Shown here in pieces: positions 37,995-50,428 of a stretch of DNA of 64,000 bases. The notes beneath the pieces were generated by a model that ran no database searches, was not told the DNA's origin, and saw nothing but the letters and a program-made list of their open reading frames with translations. Source of the DNA: Pelomyxa schiedti (taxonomy: Eukaryota; Protista; Evosea); assembly GCA_020536535.1 (NCBI GenBank), contig JAHLWZ010000666.1, positions 1 to 64,000 on the forward strand, in the 5' to 3' direction. The first letter of the stretch is position 1, and every line of letters starts with the position of its first letter. A program made the position numbers and the translations under genes.

Positions 37995-40900
37995 TTGTTT
38001 TTGGCGAGTTTACCACGGACTTTAGTTTACATTTTAAACAAAGTTACATTCCAGCTAAAAGGATATCAGGCCGAAAAGGCAATTGCGCTAAGGAAACAAC
38101 AGGCTGTGGAGAAGGCTGCACGAAAGGCAATATCTTCCTCAAAAAATTGTCCATCTTCTCCATCCACGTTGGGGAAGCCAGCATCCAAGAAAGTATTGAG
38201 TGACGAGGCACTTAGGGATAAGATCATACAAGAGCATACTTACTTTCACGGGGCATGGCAGCAGCGCTTTAAAATCTTTGCCTCCTTATCTGCAGGCCAG
38301 CAGCTTGTTACAGCCTTGGCTCTTTACCGGTTCCATGACGAACGTGAGAGAAAATCGCGAGTTGTATCACAGAAGCGTGAGCCTAGTAATTCCGTTGCCC
38401 AGCTTGAGTCTGCAGTTGATTCGGTTACCCCACTCCCACAGTGTACATCGACACTAAGTCAATCATCTTCAACTACGGCACCTTCATCCTGCTCATCCAC
38501 TACGTCACCTTCATCTTGCTCATCGTTACCATCTTCTCCTTCATGTCCGCACCATCAAACCATGTCTTCTCACGCTATCCTTAAGGGTTGGCTCAAAGCC
38601 AAAACACTGACACCCATCTATAAAGACACCAACTCGAAGGCCATACCCCAGTGGAGTTGCGGCCTTGATTCATTCACGCCACTACCTTTTTTCTTTTCAA
38701 CACCTGAACTTCAGTTAGCCACGCACGATATTGAGGAGGGAAAGGCAACTTATATCTACACTGAGTGGGGTATTGCTGACTCTCTCACATGGATTTCTCT
38801 AATATAATTCAGGAGTGGGCCTACATTACATAGGAGCTGTAGCAGAGCAGTTGGGTCTGGAATATTTTTCAGTGCCGTTTGATTCTATAATGACAGGTAC
38901 TTTCGATTGTGGTTGACTTTCTTGCTTGCAACTTCCCCACAGGAATTTGTGATACAGCTATTAGTAAGGTATTGACCCGTGAACCGTCCTCGAGAAAGTG
39001 CTTGATCCATTGCACAGAGGTACAAATGAAAGTATGTTATGGCATGGCCCTTCTGCTTTTTTTGTTGGTAATATTCCATGTGACCAGGTAACTGAGCTTG
39101 CTTTCAAAGAGGCTTTCCGGTAGTTTTAGATTTACTTTGTACTAAAGTAGATATGCAGTAATGAATACAATAGGGTCTTAGACCAACTAAGAACGACTTG
39201 TGTTGTAGTGATCAGTGGCCTTGACCCACTGCTTCTTACGTCCACTGGACTCCCATATTGCGTATTTAGGCCATTTATGGTTGGTGATTTTTTACTTTCT
39301 ATCTCTACTTAATAATTCAGAGCTATGATTTGGAGCCTCCCCAGATTGCAGAAGCACTGCATACTCTCATTGGGAAGAACTCTACAATTTTTATGGGCGA
39401 TGCTGATCACGTCGTAAAAGTGAGTGTACTACCCATTCCCTGTAACAGAAAATTATTTGTCTTACTACTCCCTGTCTGGCAGGTGGCAACTCAGTTGAGG
39501 GGGAAACCACTGCCCCTATCTATGTTCTTAGAAAGGTACTTAATAATGGGGTGGACTAGTGGAATGCTAACAAGACGTGTCAGAGTTGCAAGCCTAAGCC
39601 TTGAAGGCAAACCTGTATCGTTACAAAGATGTGTGTATGACGTCTGGAAGAGCATGGTATCTCTCTATGACCGCAACGCTGTGGGTTGCTCGGCCCTGGG
39701 ACAGTTCTATGAACTACGCAAACGGTCCAGCTGGGAAATGACCCAAGACAACAACTTTTTCTTCCCTAAAAACTCTAGTGGTCTATGCTTTTTCTCAAAG
39801 TAAGCCTGACTAACACTTAGCTTAGGGTATCACGTACTAATGGAAATTGGGCATGAGCTCAATGTAAATCAGCTGACCTCTGTAATCCCCACTGATGAGG
39901 GGATTCTAGTAAAGCGTCCCTACCCCTGGACCAGATTCTTTTCTGTTGACGACATTGAAGAAGCACTGGTAACTGTACATTTTGTAATCCGTTCCACTAA
40001 CCTGGAAACTACAGCAGGTGCCCATTCTACGCTTCACAAATGATACTACGCAAGTATCTGGTCACCTCTACCAGGTGAAAATAGCCCTGGAGGCAGTCCA
40101 CCCGGAAAGACAACTGCTTGAAGTACTCTGTCTCAATACACCCTATCAACCAGATCCAAGTTCTCCTGCTAATAACATTACACTGTAAACTAAAAAATAA
40201 AACACATCAAATGAACAGATACGAAATATGGCATACGATCTGTAGCAAAGGATGAAGTAGATATTGACAAGCTTGGGGCCGAAAAGTCGGTTTTGATGGC
40301 TCGGGACAAAGTTAACCCGTCGCCATTTACAGACATAATTGCCCCGCTTATTCTACGTACTTTTCTTTCTCTATGTATTGGAGTAACACTCAGATTTCTT
40401 CTTTTCTTTTCCCTTCCTCTCTGAAGGTCCAGAATATCGTGGGACAGGTCTTCCAATCCATGGAGTTGGTAAAAACTCTTCTTTTTTCCATTTTTTAAGC
40501 TAATGTTGTTAACCTTTTAGCCCGGCTTCAAGCCACTGAAAATAGTAATACCACTGAAGTACATTTAAAAACCTCAGAGCATTTTGGAAATTGCAAGAAG
40601 CTCAGAAATTCCGGTTCAATTCCCTTTGTTTATCAGCTGAACTTACTCCCGTTTAGGTGTTAACGGCATGATTTCTGACGCCAATTTCATGACACATGGG
40701 GCAGCAGATCTGGATGTATACTTGAATGAAAAGGCACCACAGGAGGAGGTATTTTCTGAAATGCCAGATTCCAAGTATTTCTAATATCTGCCAATACAAC
40801 AGGGTTACAGTGCCTCCTACGTCATCTTGTGCGGCTATAAACTGTGGCAAACCTGTCCCAGTGCTGCGCTAGTTTCTCTACCTCCACCAATGGACCAAGT

Positions 40901-41528
40901 TGCCCTGAGTGTGTAACTCTTCAGTCTGGTACTTTACCTTACTTCACTTTTTAGGTGACGAGTATATGAAAGAAGTGTTCAGTATAGGGGCGAAGAGGCG
41001 GCGAACTGAGCCGGTAGTATCCCCAAATACAGCGGCAAAAAGTGCCGATCTGCCGGTTGACACTGCCAAAGGTAATGGGTTTGGATTCTCTCTGTATTCT
41101 TAAACGTCACTCAATCCTCAGCAAACTGGAGGAACCTCTTAAAAACGGTCGAGACTTCTGAAAGAGTCGATATGCAAGTTCTGGAAGCTCGCGTAATTGA
41201 TGCCCAAAGATCTGCTTTAGAGGATCTAGATACATTCTCACTGGAGACAGCTCGTGCTGTGTTTAAGATGACATTACAGCCACTGATGAACGTAGAGGTA
41301 TACTGCTGAACTCAGCAGAACTAATACCCACGTTTGCAGATTCACAGAATAAGGGAACTTGCCCCCAAGCCTATCTCAACTGCTTTGGAATACATTTTGA
41401 TGCACATGCCACTCAAAACAGCTGTTTGGCTCCAACTGACTCTGATTGTTCATCCACCCCTGGTTGAGGAGGGCCTTAAGCAAATTGCCAAGGACTATGA
41501 CATCGTCATCCCACCAAAGTTTCTGTAA
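37995..41528 (+). CDS. Uncharacterised multi-exon protein, paralog B, with a degenerate AAA+-like module (5' end unresolved)
   Basis: ILKGWL..TLTPIY..TPLPFFF, WGVGLHYIGAVAEQLGLEYFSV, KCLIHCTE, CVVVISG, YDVW, GILVKRPYPWTR, TPYQPD, PFTDI..LILRPEYR, LCGYKLWQTCPSA, ETARAVF. Confidence 0.65.
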
Positions 41529-41853
41529 TTGCAGAAAAAAATACTGTTGTTTCTAATTACTGTATCTCTAGAGTCGATGCCAATTTTGGGCAAGGAAGGA
41601 ACTACACAAGAAGAGTGCAATTGGTTGATTGGATCAAGTCAAGCTGGTGGTCGGCATTACTTTCCTGGTTAATATTTTTAACTGGGTAGGTTTACCTTCA
41701 ACTCTTTTTACTGGAAAAGGAGTTAATTACTAGAACGGTGGTGCTGTGCACCACGTAATGGGAGCGAAGCGTAGAATTTTTTAAAGAAACAACTGCAGTT
41801 TATATGAAAGTCTCTTTTCTTGGTTTGAGTGAGGTGGGTGCGCGTTTGAATCG

Positions 41854-42453
41854 TTATAAACAGTTGGAAGGATTGTGACATATGCGTTGTTGAATGCATC
41901 TGCATACTGCTGTACAGGGTCGGTTGTTGCGAGTGCATGTACGGCATGTCTTTGTGGAACAGGCATTCGTACTGCTGCACGTACAGCCCTGGCGTGGATG
42001 TTTAGTGATAGAAGTCTGGCATGCTGTAGATGGTCTTTTGCTCGGAAGTATACGTTCATCAAATTCGGATGAGACGGAGGAATTCACGGGCAGGGAGTTA
42101 ATGAGCCGTTCTGAGGAGCAAGCAGGATCTACTCTTAACGGTGGGATTATAGTATTATGCAGAACAGGTGAAGTTTGGTTATCTCGCTGTGCGGAATTAC
42201 GTATAGCCGAAGAGGAAGTAGCATCTTTTTAGCTGATTAGATAGGGTTTGTATGTGGCTGAATAAAATAATCAACAGACCAGAACGCTGTCCTTTTCGTT
42301 ATCACCGCTCAGGATCGGCGGTCTGGTGTTTTTTTTATTCAGCCATTTGGTATACATGCCGCGGGATGGTATGGCAGCAAATGTGGTATTCTCATGTGTA
42401 CCAAGTATTGCACGGCAATCTGGTACTGTATGAGACGTCATCGCGGTTACCAT
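41854..42453 (-). CDS. Small protein with C-terminal tesmin/CRC-like CXC cysteine cluster
   Basis: CTCSSTNACSTKTCRTCTRNNRPCTAVCRCIQQRICHNP; linkage to the upstream exon (LGTHENTTFAAIP..YTKWL) is uncertain. Confidence 0.45.
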
Positions 42454-42509
42454 ATGTAGTAAAGTGATCGATGCTGCGAGTCGTTAAAAGTAGTATGTAC
42501 ACGATATAC

Positions 42510-43059
42510 AGACCATTGAATACACGTGTGGCCTGGACTAAAGTGGCTGTGTTCTCTGCTAAAGTATTCTGTCTAGCGAGTTCTGCACGTAATTCTGCAG
42601 GTAAACCTTGCGTAAGAACTTTGTCTGGAATGCTGCACAGTAAGTATAGGCTGTTTCAATTTTTACAGCGAGACAATGCTACAATGGCATCCATCGTACT
42701 TGGGGCTGGCCCCGTAGGTGGTATGGCTAGATCAACTACTGTACTACCAAGCGTCTGTCCTTGCGCTTTGTGATTTGTTAAGACAATGCTATGGTCAATG
42801 GGTATTTGTCGCCGATGAACGGCGTAGTGTGCGTAGTGGAATGTACTATTTTCGGGGAAAATGACCATGTCTTCTGTCCCAAATGCCGTTTCTGGTGCAG
42901 CCGGTGGTAGAGCTGCACGGCGTGTCGCGTCGGTTGTGGAGGTGTTTGTAGAAATACACACAGTGATGTAATCAGGCATTGTAGGCAATAAGGTGTAGTT
43001 TTGAAGCTTCATTTGTAGCTGTATGTGCTGGATAGCAGTCATTAAAGCGGGTGTACACC
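42510..43059 (-). pseudogene. PIF1-like SF1 helicase C-terminal fragment with in-frame stop
   Basis: RRQIPIDHSIVLTNHKAQGQTLGSTVVDLAIPPTG..IVALSR matches late PIF1 motifs. TGA at 42656-42658 is followed by plausible in-frame continuation (SLYLL..LRAELARQNTLAENT). Confidence 0.78.
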
Positions 43060-43159
43060 NNNNNNNNNNNNNNNNNNNNNNNNNNNNNNNNNNNNNNNNN
43101 NNNNNNNNNNNNNNNNNNNNNNNNNNNNNNNNNNNNNNNNNNNNNNNNNNNNNNNNNNN
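43060..43159. other. Assembly gap (100 N)
   Basis: Run of N. Confidence 1.
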
Positions 43160-44292
43160 GGACCAAGCTGGAACTGCATGTACCTTCTCTGTTTTTCTTT
43201 TTCGCGTTCTTACATTTGAAAACCAGCTGGTGCTGGGGACATTGCAGACACAGACAGGAACAGGGAGCAGAGCTGACAATCGAGCCCACAGTTATCCAAT
43301 CACTCTCTACTTCATGCCACTCATCTTCCCTTTAGATGACCTAATCCAGAGGACCACATTCATTTCTGGCAGCTTGGCCACTGGTATATTTCTTATTTCT
43401 TCTTTTTCCCAGTTTCACCTTGAGTACTAGATGATGGACTTACCGACTGCTGAGATGACAGCTGAGGTCAACGTTCCTGTCCCTTTGTGTCGGCATACCA
43501 CACTCAGGGCTATTAGATACAGACAGTGCATGCCAGGTCCTGGAAATATGTGGGCTCCTCCTCCACATCCTTTCTGCATTTCCACACCTTGTCACACTGG
43601 TATGTGTGGCTTCTTTTTTCTTTCTTCAGTCTGACGTACTTTATTTAGGTTGTGGGATTTCCGGCTGAGAATAGGATGTCGCCAAGGTACTGTCTCCCTT
43701 TTTATAATCACCCAACTCAGCAATAACAGTTACCTCCACTGCTGGAATGAGCATCACACCAGGCCAGACTTCCACTCACCCACATTCTCACTCTACTTCC
43801 CCACACCGTGCCCCCCCAAATCTCACACTCCAATCCTGCTCTCAAGTGGGAAAAAACAATATGGAGAAGGTGGTGTTTGGCACTTAAAGACACTTTTTTT
43901 TTTTTTGCCTGAAGTCGAAAATCGACTTCAGGCCAGGGCACATCAGGGGAGAAGTGGACTCTGGCATGTAGGGGCCAAGTGAGGAAGGTGCTGGAAATGC
44001 ATCGAAGATGTTTGAATGCGGGAAAAAAAAACCTGGGAGTGGAGGTTGTGTACTTCCACAAAGTACACGAACTCGGCCTTGCTCGCGAGGCTCTGAAGTC
44101 TGGCGCGCTTTAGCGGGATTGGAGAGACTGAGGACTGAGCCGAATCTGGACTATTACCAGAATGAGACAGCGAAGGTAATGATCAGCGCACAGCGCAGCT
44201 GGGCGCACAAATACAGCAATAAGAACGCGGCAGGCGGTTTTGATCACATGCACACTTGTCCGAGAATCCATTTGAACATCGCAGCCTTTTAA
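43160..44292 (+). pseudogene. Further copy of the exon-intron module family, inverted relative to 35.3-36.6 kb
   Basis: 43160-43225 resembles the reverse complement of ~36365-36430 (accaagc..ctgca.gta.cttctctgtttttctttttcg). Contains ctgctgagatgacagc (DLPTAEMTA) and the same intron types. Confidence 0.4.
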
Positions 44293-45289
44293 CCCAATCG
44301 CACAACCGCTCTGCGAGATTTTACACACTCCCTTTTTATCCCCTTACAACAACGACCAAACAAACAAGAGAACCCTTTATTCTCCGATGCCAGCACTCCC
44401 ACTGCATACAGGCTGAGTGCGGGAAAGGATCTAGAGATTGGAGGTGAGTATATTGGGTAACTCAAAGAAGAAGAGGAATACCGCTGGAATGGAGCTGAGC
44501 TGCACACACATTCTTCTGGGTGCGTGCTCGCTTCTGCCTTCAGGTCTCCCTGCTCCTGTCTGCCTCTCAACTAACATCTAAAACACCACCTGGTTATCAA
44601 ATGTGAGAAGTCGAAAAAGAAAACCAGAGAAGATAAATGGAAACCTACCAGAGCACCAGCACCCCTGCCCATTATCTTCAAGGACCTGTGTTGATGTGGG
44701 AATAAAAAACAAAACCAAACTAAACAAAAACGAAAACGAAATAAAACAAACTTAAATAGCAGGAGACAAAGTGAGAAACAAAAAAAATACTGACTGAGGT
44801 GTTTAAATTAAAGTAAATTACATTAATAAATAAATAAGCATACCAATGGCGGAGCCCTTTCAGGAGGAGAAACTTGAAAATGGTGGTACGCTGCTGGGAT
44901 TGAGAGGCCGAAACTGTGAAGTATGAGATGAAGAGCGAAAAGGCGTTAAGAAGGGATGTTGAAAATTACCGGCATAGTGGACCCAAACCATAGATTTTTT
45001 GTTTTTTTTCCTTTTTCCTCCCCCAACGCCAACCGCAAACAAACGACCCCTCCCAAGTGTAAAACCTCCTGCCCGCTCCAGTTTTTTGTACGCGGTTTTT
45101 CAAAATTTGGGGCTTTATGCCTGACGAAATGAAGGCCTCATTCTCATCACATTTGCACACCGGTGTAATCAACGGACCGGAACGCTGTCACTTTCGTTGC
45201 TCGAAAATTTCAAAAGTTCCGAAGTCTTTCACCGGGCGGAAACTGTGAAACAAACCATTGCCGTTAACGGCTTGCACGAGCATCGGAAC

Positions 45290-46510
45290 ATGTCGCACTC
45301 GACACTTATGGGTGACATTGTCGCGTTTGAGCCCCGAGTGGTGGGTGTTTTGTTATGAAGGGAATTGACACCTCTAATTATGGGATGCTATCAGCGTCTA
45401 TCTGACGAATGGCGAGAAATATTCACCAGAGCAGGGCTGGTTGCCGAGGATTTTTCTTATGAGCCAGTTCGAGGAAGTTTGTTCCTCTGATCTGATACAT
45501 AATATGTTAATCAAACCATTCAGGGGTTATTACTTCACTCCAACAGCTTTTGGCTCGTAGAATTACTGAAAATCCACACATGGAAGCAGAGTTGAGGGGC
45601 TATTGCAGCCAATTGGAAAATGTCAGACAGAAATCTTTTGGATATGGTCTCCCAGACCCTTCTGCTTTTGGTAAAATATGTGTGGGCTTCAAAGTTCTGT
45701 GACTCAGTGAAGCACTTCAGGTCCTAAAAATCAAATGATAGAGAAACTTAGTTTCCACACCTCGCATGAGGACCCAGATAGACAGGTTCCCACCCCCACA
45801 ATAACTCACTGTGGTCTTCCACTGTCCACCAAATCTTCTCTTCTTCGCATTGAGGCAAATCGAGTGACATACACTGGTGCATACAACAAACCTCCAGGGT
45901 GTGTTCAGGTACCTTGAATACAAGGGCTTTTTGATTTTCACACTTTTTACACACACAAGGTTCAGATTGCCAAGAATACCGACTTCCGTTTTGAAGTATG
46001 TAAATCCAACCAGCTGCTTTAAGTCTTATAAAAACACCAGGTGAAGGTTCTAAAATTGCCCCTCTGTGAAAGCGCTACACACTCCTTTTTTTAAGATTGA
46101 CAATTTGGGTGCCATGGGCACAATTGGTGTTGGAATAGCTCCATGGAAATATGACCATGATAAGCAACCGGGCTGGCTTCCAAAATCGTACGATTCCTTG
46201 ACTTTTATAATGCCTCCTAAGCGGTGCTTAGAATTGGATACCACGGTGATGACGGGAACATTTTCCAAGTTTTCCACATCTTCCTTACGAAATTTAACCC
46301 CAAATACAGGATGGAAATGTAGTCAACCGGGGGCCAACATGGGAAGCCGGTGATGTACTTGCATGTTACTATGAGCACACCACTCACACACTCACAATTC
46401 TCCGGAATTCAAGCCAAGTGTGGCGCGGAACAGCTCAGCCACACCCTCAAATGTGCCCAACAGTGGGATTCCACAGCCCATGTGAGTCTGTCAGGCTCTT
46501 TGTATTGTAA
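45290..46510 (+). CDS. SPRY-domain protein (RanBP9/SPRYD3-like SPRY)
   Basis: IDNLGAMGTIGVGIAP..QPGWLPKS, IGYHGDDGNIF, GPTWEAGDVLAC, MCPTVGFHSPCESVRL; TAA at 46508-46510. Confidence 0.85.
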
Positions 46511-46664
46511 CCCAAAAGCCGAAACAGCACCACCAATCTGTATCTAATCGTTCTATTCCGCCTGTAGAACGAAAAACCCCATTGAATTTTCCACTCACTG
46601 GCCTTTTATTGTGCATTTCTTTTTTCCCCAAAACAAACACAATTAATTAATTAAACACTATTGG

Positions 46665-48170
46665 ATGAGTGCCACACTACCTCCACAGCAGAATACCATT
46701 TTTGAACAAGTCCGAGAGAGTTGTGCCAGAGTCAGCCTCGTTGCCACGGACTGTCAAATTTCACAGGTGATTGTTCACAACTGCACTAGTCATTTGCTTT
46801 GCTTTGCTTTGAATGAATGGAAGTATGAGAGCACCTAACAACCAAGCAAACACCTGTCCTTTCGTTGTCATCTACTGTGAATGTTGGTTTCGCATTTTAA
46901 TCGTTTCTTGAAGGATGGGATTGAGAGGTTTGTGAAATTTCTGGAAGACGATCAAAGTGGGACATGGACTAACATTGCCACAACTCAACCTTTCATTTTT
47001 GGAGCTAATGTTGCAGCAAATAAAGTACTTGTGCAATTTATACTTCTTCCACACAATAATTAAAGTTTAATTGGGAAATTCAACTTACATCGGGATTTTA
47101 GGTTACTCTGGAATTTGTCAGTGTGGATGCTGAAATAAATATGCTTTCAGTATTGGATGTACTTCAGATTGGTTGTGGTTACAGAAAGATTCTACACCAT
47201 TACTGCAGTAACTCCCTTTTCTTGTTTTGAGACAAATCAATTGACCTCGAGTTTAGACCTTGGAGCCTCTGACGTTATGACAAGAGGGATAACATCTCTG
47301 CATAAAGAAATGTCTAATTTAACTGCTTCTGCCCTGAACACAATCAATGCTGCCGCAGTTGCACGGCATTTTGGCTTTAGTGAGGAAGCAATGAGCAATC
47401 CACTGATTCGTCAACTTACAGAGATAATTGTAAGTGTTCTCGTTGGGAGTGGCAATGCACTACTTTCTGCGGGCTATCCAGATTTTTCTTCTATGGTGAG
47501 ACACTGCAGCACAATTCATACCCCACCTTTGGCCAATGATCTCGTCTCCACTTTGTTTGAAAAGATACCAGGTAAAAGGAATTGGCCACTAACAAATAAC
47601 CTCACACTCAAAAAGCCTTCAAGGATATGGCCGAGTATCCAACTGGCCAGCCAGTCTATCTAATGAAAAAGGCACAACTTCTTGCTGGTGACTTGTATAG
47701 ACGTTTTGCCAAAGAGCTTCCAGACTTGTTTGCCTACAGTGACATAACAGAATTGACAGGTTTCCGGTCCACTATAAATTGTTGCACAATGTGTAACTCC
47801 CTCATAGTATTCGTTGACAATGTACTACCGGCTGTACTACGCCACTTTGGGGTCATCATTCCATCTTCTCGCCTTACAGTGTGTAACAATATTCTTTAAG
47901 TCCGAACTGAATCACTAATTCAATCATCCACAGAGTGCAATTGAGGGGCAAGTTGACATTCCGGCTCAAGGCGAATTGGAAGTTCAATTACGTGCTGTTG
48001 CAGTAAGAGCATGTGAGCTTATAATCAAACACACCAGAACACTACCGGAGAGCAACCCACTCCATCACCTGACTACTTTGGATCTCGACTGGTTCCTGTG
48101 GGTGGTAGGCAAAAGACCAGGGATTCGCTCAGTGGAGAGGCATGTATGCCAAACTACTGTCTACTACTAG
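46665..48170 (+). CDS. QNG1: Queuosine salvage protein (Q-nucleotide N-glycosylase/hydrolase, DUF2419 family)
   Basis: IGCGYRKILH, YPTGQPVYLMKKAQLLAGDLY, DITELT..FVDNVLPAVL, EVQLRAVAVRACELI, LDWFLW, ERHVCQTTVYY. Confidence 0.85.
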
Positions 48171-48306
48171 GGCATACAAAGTCATTTTGACAAAAAAAAT
48201 TGAATTTTGCAATTCCAAAATCAAATTTTATTTCTATTCTTGGGGAAAAATACATGGTGTTGGTAAACAAAAGAGAGTTCCAGAGTAACGCGTGGAATAA
48301 TGAAAT

Positions 48307-50428
48307 TCAGAGGTGGAGAAGGTTTTCCAACTTTACACGTTCTGCTGCGAGCGCTGCCCGCTCCTTCTTCAGCCTTTGCAAAGTGTCTTCAAATTCCCTG
48401 TTCGTGACGGGATTAGGGAAGGTAAGCTCATTGCTGGTCATACCTAATGAAGGTATTGCAAGCTTTCTCGCGCTCCCGGAGACTCTCGAGGTCAAAGTCA
48501 CCAGACCTATCTGCACGAGGCCGCTTTCTTGGGGGCTCTTGCAGAAGGGCTGGAGGGGGGGTAATTGTGTTTACTTTGGCAGTTGGTGCCGTTGGTTGTG
48601 GTTTCGCGGGCTGGTGTTTCTGGGGTGCATTTTGAGCTTGCTTATTTTGTTCATTTTCTACTTTGCCTTTTGCTGCCTGTGTGGTTGTTGGGTGTGTATG
48701 CTGTACAGGGGGCAACATTGAAACCTGGGGAGTTCCTTCAGACTTCTGTGCCTTTTTTGATTGTGGCTTCTGCTGAGGTTGTGTGAATTTCGGAGTTTGT
48801 CTGGTTGATGGCTGAGAAGGTGGTGAGCCATGTTGTTCAGGGGAAGGTTGATGGTTTGGAGGTTGAGAGTTGGAGTGATGAGGTTTTTGTTGTGGGTGAT
48901 GTGGTTGATGATGATGCTGGGAATTATTTGCACCTGGCTTTGGAGAACCAGGTTTTGTGGGTGGGGAAGAAGCTTGGTTAGTCGGGGTTGGGGTGCCTCC
49001 TGCAGAAGTTGCTGAGGAAGGTGCAGACCGACGAACTGCCTCAGGAGAAGAAGTAGGCGAAGGTGAAGGAGACGAAGAGTAGGACGATGAAGCTGAGGAA
49101 GTTGCCGATGACAGAGAGCGAGATCGGGAGTGAGATTGCGAATGAGAATGGGAGCGTGACCGAGACCTCGACCAAGAGCGTCCCCGTGACGGCGACCTGG
49201 AGTGCGAGTGTGACCTGGAAGGCGACGGCGACGGAGAGGGGGACTGCGAGGGCGACCTCGAGTGCTGCGGAGAGTGCGACGGGGAGCGGGAGCACGACGG
49301 CGAGTGGGAGCGAGACGGGGAGCGTGAGCGGGAGTTGGAGCGGGAGTGCGACGGGGTCCTGGAGTTGGACCGCGAGTGTGACCCCGACTGCGACCTGGAG
49401 CGCGAGCGCGAGGACGCCGACCTGGAGGGGGACCTGCTGGGCGGGGAAGACGAGGAGCCAGAGGACCTGGGCGAGGCCCCCGCCTGGTCAGCGGACGACG
49501 CCGAGGAGGTGCCGGCGGTGGCCGCCGCGGCGCCGCGGGGGAGCGGCGGGGCCTTGGCGGAAGGCTGCGGCGGCGGCGGCGCGGCGGCGGCAGGCGAGGG
49601 GGACACGTCGGGGGAGCGCGAGGGGGAGACGGGGGACCAGGTGCGGGCCGGGGGCGACGGGGAGGACGACGGCGACGAGGAGCGGGCGGGGGAGACCTGG
49701 CGCATCCTCTTCCTGCGGACTGAGAGTGGCTGCTGTTGCGGGGGCGGCTGCTGGTGCTGCTGGGGGGCCTCGGCCGCGGCCCCGCCAGAGGAAGAGGAGT
49801 CATGGCCAGGGGAGGCCGCGGTGCCAGTTTGCTGTGGCGCGGCGGCGTGGGTTTGGTGCGCGGAAGATGCAGCAGGAGGGGTCGACGGCCTGGCCTTGGT
49901 CTCATTCCCAGAGGCCCCCTGCTCTTTCTGCTTGCCGCCACTCACAGCACCAGACGTGGCTTGTTGTTGTTGTTGCTGTTGCTGCGGCGGGGGTTTCTGC
50001 TGGGCGCCACCACCGTTGCCGCCGCCTCCCCGTGCCGCCGCGGGCTGTTGGATCCTGGGCTGGTGGGGCCTGTGCTGCGCGCCTCCCCCCCCGCCGTTTG
50101 CGCTGGCCGCAGACCCGCCGGGCGCCTGCTGCTGCTGCGGCGGCGGCTTGGCAGTGCCCGAGGTGGAGGAGCCCCCTGGCTTGGGCTGCTGCGACTGCGG
50201 GGGGGACTGCTTGCTGCTGCCGCCGCTGCTCGCGGGGGCCACAGGCGCCTGCCTCGGCGGCGACGACGACGGCGAAGACGAGGACGACGCGCGGCCCGGC
50301 TGCGGGGGCGCAGGGGCAGCCCCGGGCCCACTGCCGCGGGGCGCCTGCGAGCCGCCGCCCGTGGCCTTGGCGTTGGCCGCGTCGCCTGATGTTGGTGTGG
50401 TGCCACGTGGTCCTGAGGCACGACGCAT
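48307..50428 (-). CDS. Low-complexity S/R/P/Q-rich protein with RS-dipeptide tract and C-terminal coiled coil
   Basis: 670-codon ORF with SRSRSRSQSGSHSRSNSRSRSPS tracts; one intron (gtatga..gaacag) joins it to EFEDTLQRLKKERAALAAERVKLE. Confidence 0.7.

Larger units (their letters stand above)
41730..43059 (-). mobile_element. Candidate 3' portion of a Helitron-like element
   Basis: Minus strand carries a PIF1 helicase C-terminus, then a CXC ORF, then GTGGTGC-ACA-GCACCAC hairpin, CGTT, CTAG, followed by T (plus-strand 41730-41754). The 5' side is cut by the gap. Confidence 0.45.

Noticed and set aside
43160-44600. Helitron Rep/HUH domain upstream of the helicase fragment
   Set aside because: No HUH or Rep motifs found beyond the gap; that sequence instead matches the exon-intron module family.
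44600-45280. tRNA or other structured RNA gene in the long intergenic region
   Set aside because: No T-loop/D-loop consensus or cloverleaf found by eye; looks like an A/T-tract-rich promoter region.
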